Source: an uncultured Gemmatimonadaceae bacterium
GTDB taxonomy: Bacteria; Gemmatimonadota; Gemmatimonadetes; Gemmatimonadales; Gemmatimonadaceae
DNA length: 64,000 nt
Assembly: GCA_963790305.1 (NCBI GenBank)
Contig: CAWBOC010000003.1
Location: forward strand, 122,479 to 186,478
Direction: 5' to 3'
Under the pieces are notes generated by a model, which was not told where the DNA came from, did not search any database, and worked only from the letters and a program-made list of their open reading frames with translations. The translations under genes and the position numbers were made by a program. Below are positions 48,288 to 56,554 of this stretch, piece by piece. How positions within the stretch are numbered: the first letter of the stretch is position 1; each line of letters opens with the position of its first letter.

Positions 48288-48372
48288 GTTTACAGAGGCG
48301 ACAAGGGGCACAGACCTCGACCAACGCTCGACGGCCTCGACCACATCTGTGCACCCTGTGCCTCTGTGGTAA
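48288..48372. repeat. Imperfect palindrome of the CACAGAGG family
   Basis: TTACAGAGGCGACAAGGGGCACAGA ... TCTGTGCACCCTGTGCCTCTGTGGTAA, downstream of the OMP gene. Confidence 0.7.
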
Positions 48373-48511
48373 GGTTGCCCGGCCCTCAGCGACAGACCGG
48401 AACGGACTCCGGCTCGAGTCGTCGTAGATAAGGAATTCCTCACCCGACGACCCCTCCACCACAGCGGGCACCCCAGCCAATGCGCAGGACCTCACCGGCG
48501 AGCGCCGGTCG

Positions 48512-50227
48512 ATGAGCGCCATCGCGCCCTGGCGGGCCCGTATCGAGCGGCTCGGATTTCGAGAGAAGCTCGGGCTCATCCCCTCGGTCGCCGCGGTGGC
48601 GCTGACCGCCATCCTGCTGCTGAACGTCGGCACCGGACTGCTCACCGACCTGCGACAGCACACGATCGAGAACCAGTACTATCCCGCGGTGAGTGCCTCG
48701 CGCGACCTCCAGGCCGAGCTACGCAGCGTGCAGCGCGCGCTTCAGGATGCGGTCACCAGCGGCGACAGTGGCGCGCTGGGCGTGGCCGATTCCCTTCGCA
48801 CCATATTCGGCCGAACCGCCCACGCCGCTCGCGCGCTCCCAGTCGACAGTGCGCTGGCCATGTACTACGCGCGCGCGCGATCGGTGAGCGTGTACATGAT
48901 CCGCAACGGCAAGCGCGACGGCGAGCTGCGCTCGTTTCCCGATCTCACCGAGCGCTACGCAGCCATTCGCGGCGGGTTGGAGGCGACTCGCGCGCAGAAC
49001 GAGCAGGCTATCGCGAGCGCATTCCGCACCACGCGCTGGATTCGCCGAGGGGCGTGGGTCGGCAGCGCGGTCGTGATCGGCATATGCATCCTGCTGCTCG
49101 GTCACCTGTCGGGACTCGTGTCCGTCTCGATTACCGAGCCGGTGAAGGAGGCCGCGCGTGTCGCGGCACGACTCGCCGAGGGCGACGTGACCGTCCGCAT
49201 CGAGGTCACCTCCGAGGACGAGATCGGCGCGCTGCTCAAGTCGATGCAGCGAATGGTCACCTACCTCGAGGAGATGGCCGCCCACGCGGCGTCGCTCTCT
49301 CAGGGCGACGTGACCGTCGAGGTTCGACCGCGCGCGGCGCACGATGCGTTCGGCATCGCGTTCCAGCAGATGGTCCAGTATCTCGGCGACATGTCCCGCG
49401 TCGCCGATCGAATTGCCGAAGGGGACCTCACTGTCCGCGTTCAGCCGCGCACCGATCGCGACGCGTTCGGCCGCGCGTTCGTGTCGATGGTCGGTCGATT
49501 GTCGGAGGCAATGCACGCGGTGCGCGATGGCGCGGAGGCGATCACCACGGCATCGACGGAGGTCGCGGCGTCATCCCGCGATCTGTCGGAGAGCACGGCG
49601 CGCGACGCCGAGCGCATCGAGCGGACAGTCTCGACGCTCGACGACGTGCGTGCGTCGGCGGCTCGAAGCGCCGAGGACAGCGTCGTCATGGAGCAGGTGA
49701 CGCTGCACGCGGCTCGCGAGGCGGTGGAGGTTGGTGGCGCGGTGCGCGAGATGGCCGCAGCGCTCCAGACCATCATTCGTCGTACCGCCATCGTGGCCGA
49801 GCTCGCGTCGGAGACGAGCCTGCTGTCGCTCAACGCATCGATCGAGGCCGCGCGCGCGGCGGATCATGGCCGGGGCTTCGCCGTCATCGCGCAGGAGGTG
49901 CGCGAGCTGGCCGAGCGCAGCGAGCACGCCGCCCGCGAGATCGGTAAGGTTGCGGAATCGAGCGAGCAGATCGCCCAGCGTTCGGACGCACTCCTGTCGA
50001 CGCTGGCCCCGTCAATGCAGCAGTCGACATCGCTCGTGCAGCGAGTCGCCGCCGCGTCGACAGCGCAGGGGACGGAGATCGATCGCGTCACGGGATCCAT
50101 GAACGACGTCGACTCGACGGCGCAGCGGAATGCCGCCGCGGCGCAGCAGCTCGCGGCAACGGCGAGTGAAATGGCCGGCGCGGCGCAGCAGCTACAGGCT
50201 ATGTTGTCGAGGTTTCGGACTGCCTAA
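48512..50227 (+). CDS. Methyl-accepting chemotaxis protein with tandem HAMP units
   Basis: Intact 571-aa ORF with three HAMP-like repeats ([24 protein letters not shown]..., [25 protein letters not shown]..., [25 protein letters not shown]...) and the MCP signalling hairpin ([37 protein letters not shown]). Confidence 0.9.
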   Translation: MSAIAPWRARIERLGFREKLGLIPSVAAVALTAILLLNVGTGLLTDLRQHTIENQYYPAVSASRDLQAELRSVQRALQDAVTSGDSGALGVADSLRTIFGRTAHAARALPVDSALAMYYARARSVSVYMIRNGKRDGELRSFPDLTERYAAIRGGLEATRAQNEQAIASAFRTTRWIRRGAWVGSAVVIGICILLLGHLSGLVSVSITEPVKEAARVAARLAEGDVTVRIEVTSEDEIGALLKSMQRMVTYLEEMAAHAASLSQGDVTVEVRPRAAHDAFGIAFQQMVQYLGDMSRVADRIAEGDLTVRVQPRTDRDAFGRAFVSMVGRLSEAMHAVRDGAEAITTASTEVAASSRDLSESTARDAERIERTVSTLDDVRASAARSAEDSVVMEQVTLHAAREAVEVGGAVREMAAALQTIIRRTAIVAELASETSLLSLNASIEAARAADHGRGFAVIAQEVRELAERSEHAAREIGKVAESSEQIAQRSDALLSTLAPSMQQSTSLVQRVAAASTAQGTEIDRVTGSMNDVDSTAQRNAAAAQQLAATASEMAGAAQQLQAMLSRFRTA

Positions 50228-50360
50228 CTAGGGTTCAGGAGTCAGGAGTCAGGGATCAGGGGGTGTCAGGGTAAAGGTTCGAGGAGAAAGGCCGACGCGA
50301 CTCCTGAAACCTCCACCCTGACACCCCCTGATCCCTGACTCCTGATTCCTGACTCCTTAG
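50228..50360. repeat. About 130-nt palindrome with heptamer-repeat arms (GTCAGGA/GTCAGGG family), copy A
   Basis: CTAGGGTTCAGGAGTCAGGAGTCAGGGATCAGGGGGTGTCAGGGT ... ACCCTGACACCCCCTGATCCCTGACTCCTGATTCCTGACTCCTTAG. It spans from the MCP stop to the stop of the minus-strand lipoprotein gene. Confidence 0.9.
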
Positions 50361-51017
50361 TTGCCGTTGCTCCCGTGCGGCTGGTCGTAATGCGCCTGCA
50401 GGTTCCCGCGATCGAGATTGCTGAGCGGGACGTCGAGCACCATCGTGCCGCCGGCGTCGAAGATCTGGATGCTCGCCATGTCGGTCCGGCCTGGCTCGCC
50501 GTTGTCGATGAAGGTGAACATGACGACGGCTCCATCCACCCCATTGAGCTTGCCAGTCCCTAATCCAATGAAGGTGTCGAAGGGAGCACGGGGCGGAACC
50601 GGGTTGAACGCCGGGTCATCGATGCAAGTGGCGGCATCGAGCGGCTTGTCAATGTGCCATTTGTTTCCCGGCCAGTTGATCTCGAGGTTGTTCGAGAGCA
50701 CGATGTCGCAGTGGATCGTCAGCCCGCGCGACACGAAGACATCCCCGATGATGATCTGCCCCCCACCACCCGTCATCCTTCCTTCGATGAAGCTGCACTG
50801 CTCCGGCGGCGGCTCCTCGCCATTGGCGAGCGTCACCCCCAGTCGGCTGCCCGTTCGCGCGAATGACTGGGTGGGACACCCTCCATCTCCCAGGAACGCC
50901 GGTCCAGCAGGTTCCAGCGACGGCTCGGTTGGTGTCCGGATTCGCGGCGCACGCGACTGCTCCGACGAGGAGCAGACTGGTCGCGGCGGCGAACGCACGG
51001 CGTCGTGCTTGGCGCAT
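50357..51017 (-). pseudogene. Hypothetical lipoprotein, one frame break as assembled
   Basis: MRQARRRAFAAATSLLLVGAVAC (lipobox, frame of ORF 50649..51182) joins to ORF 50357..51130 (...GGGGQIIIGDVFVSRGLTIHCDIVLSNNLEINWPGNKWHIDKP...). No family recognised. Confidence 0.5.
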
Positions 51018-51181
51018 CGTGGCCTCTTGCGGTGAAGGACGAGCGCGCCGCACGCATTCTGCGTTCCATGCAACAGTCCAAAACCGATCGTGAAACGACA
51101 ACCACTTACGCTGTTCGCTCGGCGCCACATGTGGCGACGGCCGTGATAGAGCTCCGCTGCGCGATTGAGGTGCGGTTGCCA

Positions 51182-51316
51182 CTAGGGGTCAGGAGTCAGG
51201 AGTCAGGGATCAGGGGGTGTCAGGGAGTGGGTTGCAGGAGAAACTGCATGCAGTTCTCTCCTGCAACCCATTCCCTGACACCCCCTGATCCCTGACTCCT
51301 GACCCCTGACCCCTAG
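51182..51316. repeat. About 134-nt near-perfect palindrome, same GTCAGGA family, copy B
   Basis: CTAGGGGTCAGGAGTCAGGAGTCAGGGATCAGGGGGTGTCAGGGAGTGGGTTGCAGGAGAAACTGCA/TGCAGTTCTCTCCTGCAACCCATTCCCTGACACCCCCTGATCCCTGACTCCTGACCCCTGACCCCTAG. It shares an identical 38-nt arm segment with copy A and overlaps the hslU stop codon. Confidence 0.92.
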
Positions 51317-52779
51317 AGGATGTATTTCCGCAGATCCTCGTCCTCCACGATCGCCTTCAGGCGGTCGCGCACCGTCGCCTCGTCGATTACGATCGCCTTC
51401 GACCGCGCGGTCGGGCAGCTCGTACAGCACGTCCTCCAGCAGCGTCGTCATCACCGTGTGCAGCCGCCGGGCGCCGATGTTCTCCATGCGCTCGTTGACG
51501 GTGGCGGCGATGCGCGCGACTTCGCGGATCCCGTCCTCCTTGAACTCGAGTGTCGCCCCCTCCGCCTCGACGAGGGCCACGTACTGCTTGATGAGGGCGT
51601 TCTCGGGCTCGGTGAGGATGCGAACGAAGTCTGCCTCGGTGAGTGGCTTGAGCTCGACACGAATCGGGAAGCGACCCTGAAGCTCCGGGATCAGGTCGCT
51701 CGGCTTGGAGACGTGGAACGCGCCCGCGGCGACGAAGAGGACGTGATCGGTCTTCACCATCCCGTACTTCGTCTGCACGTTCGAGCCTTCGACGATCGGC
51801 AGGAGATCGCGCTGCACCCCTTCGCGCGACACGTCGGGGCCGTGCGACTGGCCGCGCTCCCCGGCGATCTTGTCGATCTCGTCGAGGAAGATGATGCCCA
51901 GCTTCTCCACGCGCTCGAGCGCGTCGGAGGTGACGTCTTCCTGATCGATGAGCTTGTCGAACTCCTGCTCGAGCAGAATGCGACGCGCCTCGGACACCTT
52001 CACCGTGCGCTTCTTCTTCCGCTTCGGCAGCATGTCCTGGATCATGTCGCTGAAGTTCTCCATCCCTTCAGCGGCACCCTGCGGGACCATCATGTCGAAC
52101 ATCGGGCCGGCCGACTGCGTGACCTCGATCTCGACCTCGCGCCCCTCGAGCTGCCCATCGAGGAGGAGCTGCTTCAGCTTCTCGCGCGTGCGACGGTAAC
52201 GCTCCTTGGCGCCGTCGTCCTGCTCCGTTTGCACCTCACCGGCGGCCGAGACGACGATAGAGCGTCGGTGATCCACCCGCCGCCGCGGCCGGCTCGGGCT
52301 TGGCGGCCGGCTGCTTGGCTTCCTGCGGCACCGGCAGCAGCAGATCGAGCAGGCGCTCCTCGACCTTCTCATGGGCGAGATCCTCGACTTCCGTCTCGCG
52401 CTCGGTGCGCACCATGTCGATCGCGCTGTCGACGAGGTCGCGCACCATCGACTCGACGTCGCGGCCAACGTAGCCCACCTCGGTGAACTTCGACGCCTCG
52501 ACCTTGATGAACGGCGCACCGGCGAACTTGGCGAGCCTGCGCGCGATCTCGGTCTTTCCCACCCCGGTTGGACCGATGAGGATGATGTTGTTCGGCGAGA
52601 TCTCGTCGCGAATCGAATCGGGCGCCTGCTGACGCCGCCACCGATTGCGCAGCGCAATGGCGACAGATTTCTTCGCATCGCCCTGCCCGACGATGTACCG
52701 GTCGAGCTCGGCGACGATCTGCTTCGGCGTGAGGTCGGCGAGGCGGGCGACAGCCGGCCTGAGTGCGCTTAGAGAGCAT
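51313..52779 (-). pseudogene. hslU: ATP-dependent protease ATPase subunit HslU, about three frame breaks as assembled
   Basis: The ATG at 52779 is followed, after a shift, by [34 protein letters not shown]...[15 protein letters not shown] (frame of ORF 52236..52562), then ORF 51203..52678 ([35 protein letters not shown]). The C-terminus ...DLRKYIL is in another frame and ends at TAG 51313. Confidence 0.88.
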
Positions 52780-52791
52780 TGTTAGGGAGCG

Positions 52792-52882
52792 CAATGCGGA
52801 ACGACGGAATGCGGAATGCGAGGAAGGCAGACGGGCCGATGCAAGGCGTACGCTGAATGCCGCTTCCGCATTCCGCTTTCCT
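52792..52882. repeat. Hairpin of the GAATGCG family between hslV and hslU
   Basis: GCAATGCGGAACGACGGAATGCGGAATGCGAGGAAGGC ... GCCGCTTCCGCATTCCGCTTTCC. Confidence 0.8.
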
Positions 52883-52887
52883 GCTGT

Positions 52888-53433
52888 TCACAGCTCAAGT
52901 ACCGTGATCTTGGTATTGGTGTAGATGCAGATGTCCCCCGCGATCTCCAGCGCCTTGCGCACGATGTCGGGCGCGGGACGAGCGAGGAATGGTCCTGTCA
53001 GCGCGCGCGCGGCGGCCAGGGCGAACGGGCCGCCGGAGCCGATGGCGAGAATGCCGTCGTCAGGCTCGATGACGTCACCGGTACCGGAGAGGACGAAGCT
53101 GTGCTGCCGGTCGACGACGGCGAGGAGCGCCTCGAGGCGGCGCAGCATGCGGTCGCTCCGCCAATCCTTGGCGAGCTCGACCGCGGCGCGCGGGAGGTTC
53201 TCGGGAAAGCGCTCGAGCTTCTCCTCGAAGCGCTCGAAAAGCGTGAACGCGTCGGCGGTCGAGCCGGCGAATCCGGCAAGCACCTTGCCGCCCTTGAGCG
53301 TTCGGACCTTGAGGGCGTTGGACTTCATCACTGTCTCGCCGATGCTCACCTGGCCGTCGCCGCCGAGCGCGACGCGGCCGTCGCGGCGCACGGCGAGGAT
53401 GGTCGTGGAGCGAATACGAGGAGCGGTCGACAT
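52888..53433 (-). CDS. hslV: ATP-dependent protease subunit HslV
   Basis: Intact 181-aa ORF with [22 protein letters not shown] (N-terminal Thr nucleophile context) and [14 protein letters not shown]. Confidence 0.92.
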   Translation of the reverse strand: MSTAPRIRSTTILAVRRDGRVALGGDGQVSIGETVMKSNALKVRTLKGGKVLAGFAGSTADAFTLFERFEEKLERFPENLPRAAVELAKDWRSDRMLRRLEALLAVVDRQHSFVLSGTGDVIEPDDGILAIGSGGPFALAAARALTGPFLARPAPDIVRKALEIAGDICIYTNTKITVLEL

Positions 53434-53457
53434 GTGCGAGAAAGATACGTCCGACTA

Positions 53458-53497
53458 AAGGCGCCGGAGGCGCTGGAGGCGCTAGGGGCGCTAGCGG
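53458..53497. repeat. Direct 9-nt unit tract (GGAGGCGCT-like x4)
   Basis: AAGGCGCCGGAGGCGCTGGAGGCGCTAGGGGCGCTAGCGG, upstream of hslV. It is related to the TAGAGGCGC family but I see no inverted arm nearby. Confidence 0.6.
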
Positions 53498-53987
53498 ATG
53501 CGCAGCCGGCGGGTCTCGCCTGGAGGGACTGAGGTGCGCGGTGGCTCCGGCTCAATCTCGGAGCTGCCGCGACGAGGTCGCCAGCGACGGCCGGCGTAGG
53601 CACTTCGCGATCCAGCGGAACGCGTGAGCGGCGCTTCATCGGGCGTCGGCTCGTCCTCGAGACTGTCATCGCTGGCGACTCGGGGCCGAGCATGAACGCC
53701 TTCACGTAGCCCCAATTGAGCCAGACGCCGGTCGCGAAGGCGACGACGCCGAGGAGCACGGCTACGGTGCCATAGCGCCAGCCGTCGCGCCCGAACAGCG
53801 CAGCGGCGACGAACAGCGTTCCGACGCCGATGGCGACCTGGCCACCGCGATGGCGCGGCGCGCGCGACCGCTTTCGGCGGTCGGTCATCATCAGCGGCTG
53901 TTCGCGGAGGAGAGCATCGGCGATAAGAGCGACGCCCGCGACCACGAAGAGCAGCCCGAGGAACAGGGGGATGTGCTCGAGACGCAT
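53491..53987 (-). pseudogene. Small membrane protein (3 TM), one frame break as assembled
   Basis: ORF 53346..53987 opens MRLEHIPLFLGLLFVVAGVALIADALL... The C-terminal part is more plausible in the frame of ORF 53491..55098 (...DSLEDEPTPDEAP...). No family recognised. Confidence 0.4.
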
Positions 53988-54022
53988 TGTACCGGGTCTG
54001 GTAATGCAAAGATGGTTCCCCT

Positions 54023-54150
54023 GAAGCAGGGGTCAGAGGCGATAAAGGCGCCAGGGGCGCTAAGGGGCCGCTGAGCTTCGCGCCCGCGGCCCTCATGAGC
54101 GCGGCAGCTTCGCTGCCGCGCCTTCCTAGCCCTGCCTCCTGACTCTGACC
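54023..54150. repeat. Imperfect composite palindrome (GTCAGAGG/GGCGC units)
   Basis: CAGGGGTCAGAGGCGATAAAGGCGCCAGGGGCGCTAAGGGGCCGC ... GCGGCAGCTTCGCTGCCGC ... CCTGCCTCCTGACTCTGACCTC, between the xerC stop and the membrane-protein start. Confidence 0.6.
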
Positions 54151-54151
54151 T

Positions 54152-55098
54152 CTATGCTCTCGGGTGCGCCTTCCGGTACACCTCCCGCAGCCGCTCCACG
54201 CTGACGTGCGTGTAGATCTGGGTCGTCGAGACCGAGGCGTGCCCGAGCAGCTCCTGCACGGCGCGGAGGTCGGCGCCGGCATCGAGCAGGTGGGTCGCAA
54301 AGGTGTGCCGAAGGGAGTGCACCGAGAGGCCGGCGTCCTCGTCGAGCTCGTCGAGGAAGTGCGTGACGGCATTTTGAATCGCGCGCACCGAGATCCGCTT
54401 CCCGCGTCCGGCTCAGGAAGTAGGCGGTGCGATCGCCGCGGGCGCCTACCTGCCGAAGCAGCTCGTCGCGCTTCGCCTCGTAGTTCCTGAGCGCGAGCTG
54501 CGCGTGATCGCCGACGGGAACGATGCGCTCCTTCCTTCCCTTCCCGCGCACCTTTACCTGCTGCGACACGAGGTCGAGATCGACGCGGTTGATGCCCCGC
54601 AGCTCCGACAGGCGCAGGCCGGTCGAATAGAAGAGCTCGAGCATGGCGAGGTTGCGCACATCCGAGAAGCGGCCCTCCCACGCGCGCGTCTCCGCCATCT
54701 GAAAGAGCAAGCCGATCTGCGCGCGATCGAGATATCCCGGCAGGTGCTTCTCCAGCTTGGGCGACCCGACGCCGCGCGCCGGATTGGCCTCGACCGCCTC
54801 GGTGCGATGCAGGAACCGATAGAACGACCGCACGGCCGACAACGCGCGCGCGATCGAGCGCTTGGAGAGCCGCGCTCTCGTTAGGTGCGCCATGAATCCG
54901 CGAATGGCGAGGCGATCCACCCCGCCCCAGCGTCCATTCGCTGGTGCCGTAGTAGGTGGAGAGAAACGCCACGAATGCGCTCAGGTCGCGCGAGTACGCC
55001 TTGATCGTGTTCGGCGAGACGTCGCGCTCCTTCGCGAGATGGTCCAGGAAGTCGTCGAGCGGACCAGGCACCTGGCTCATCCGGTGCACGGCCGCCAT
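54152..55098 (-). pseudogene. xerC: Tyrosine recombinase XerC/CodV type, about two frame breaks as assembled
   Basis: The head of ORF 53491..55098 (LDDFLDHLAKERDVSPNTIKAYSRDLSAF), ORF 54126..54920 (LELFYSTGLRLSELRGI, VRGKGRKERIVPV) and ORF 54152..54388 ([39 protein letters not shown]). Confidence 0.85.
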
Positions 55099-56411
55099 CT
55101 GATCGAGCCAGGCGCCGAGGTCCGCGCAGCGCGCGGGCGGCCATGATCTCCCGCTTGAGCCGCTTGTCGCGCACCGGCTCCGGGAGCTCGTCCACGAGGC
55201 CGAAGTTCGCGTTCATCGGCTGGAAGTGCCGCGGGTCGGCTTCGCGAAGATAGCGATAGAGCGCGCCGAGCATCGTCGTGGGCGGCGGGAGCGTCGGCTC
55301 GTCGCCGGCGAGCATGCGCGCGAGGTTGATTCCCGCCAGCAATCCGGTCGCGCTGCTCTCCGTGTACCCTTCCACCCCGGTGAGCTGTCCCGCGAACAGC
55401 AGCTGCGGGTCGTCGCGCAACGAGAGATGCGGCGTGAGCGACGCCGGCGAGTTGACATACGAGTTCCGATGGATCGACCCGTATCGCAGGAACTCGGCGT
55501 CCGCCAAACCGGGGATCAGGCGGAAGACGCGCTGCTGCTCGGGAATCCGCATCCGCGTCTGGCAGCCGACGAGGTTCCACATCGCCCTGCGCGGTCCTCC
55601 ATCCGCAGCTGCACGACGGCATACGCGTTACGCCCCGTGCGCGGGTCGCGCAGCCCCACCGGCTTCATCGGCCCAAAGCGCAGCGTGTCGCGACCCGCGC
55701 CGCGCCATCTCCTCGATGGGCATGCACCCCTCGAAGTAGGGCACCGCATCGAACTCGTGCCCGTGATGCTGATCGGCCGTCGTCAGCGCCTCGATGAACG
55801 CGTCGTACTCCTCGCGAGTCATTGGGCAATTGACGTACGCGCCCTCCCCGGCGCCCGCCATCGTCTCGCGATCGTAGCGCGAGGCGCGCCAGACGATGGA
55901 GTCATCGATGGAGTCGGCCGACACGATCGGAGCGATCGCGTCGTAGAACGCAAGCGACTCTACGCCGAGCCGTGCGCGAATCGCGGCGGCGAGCGCATCG
56001 GAGGTGAGAGGGCCGGTCGCGATGATGCCAGGCGACGGCAACGCCAGCGATTTCCTCGCGCACGATCTGAATGCGCGGATGCGACGTCACGCGCTCATGG
56101 ACCGTCGCCGAGAACAGGTCGCGATCAACGGCCAGTGCGGTCCCGCCTGGAACGCGCGCCTCGTCAGCGGCCTGCAGGATCATCGACCCCAGCGCCCGCA
56201 TCTCGGCTTTGAGCAGCCCGTGCGCGTTGGTGACCTCGGTGCTCTTGAAGGTGTTCGAGCACACGAGCTCGGCGAGCCGATCGGTCTTGTGCGCCGGCGT
56301 CTCGCGCACCGGTCGCATCTCGTGCAGCACGACAGCGACGCCGCGCTCGGCGAGCTGGTAGGCGGCTTCGGAGCCGGCGAGGCCGCCGCCGACGACGTGG
56401 ACCACGGTCAT
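55095..56411 (-). pseudogene. trmFO: Methylenetetrahydrofolate-tRNA-(U54-C5)-methyltransferase TrmFO, about four frame breaks as assembled
   Basis: ORF 55902..56495 from [21 protein letters not shown], then 55628..56041 ([20 protein letters not shown]), 55516..55749 ([24 protein letters not shown]) and 54881..55582 (FLRYGSIHRNSY, FAGQLTGVEGYTESSATGLLAG). The 3' end is not resolvable. Confidence 0.85.
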
Positions 56412-56420
56412 GAGGGTGCG

Positions 56421-56553
56421 GCTTCGAATGCGGAATGCAGAATGCGGAAAGTCATGATGAAATAGTGGGTGGTGCGAGTTGATCGCGCCACCCACAATCC
56501 ATCACAACATTCCGCATTCCGCATTCCCCGATTCCGCATTCCGCATTCGGCTT
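56421..56553. repeat. Composite palindrome of the GAATGCG family with an inner GTGGGTGG/CCACCCAC hairpin
   Basis: CGAATGCGGAATGCAGAATGCGGAAAG ... GTGGGTGGTGCGAGTTGATCGCGCCACCCAC ... ACATTCCGCATTCCGCATTCCCCGATTCCGCATTCCGCATTCGG. It fills the topA-trmFO gap. Confidence 0.9.
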
Positions 56554-56554
56554 C

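Noticed and set aside
54152-55098. Tyrosine recombinase as the integrase of a mobile element or genomic island
   Set aside because: The sequence motifs and the conserved position between trmFO and hslV (CodV/XerC synteny) indicate the chromosome-dimer resolvase. No att-like direct repeats, tRNA gene or phage/IS genes are nearby.
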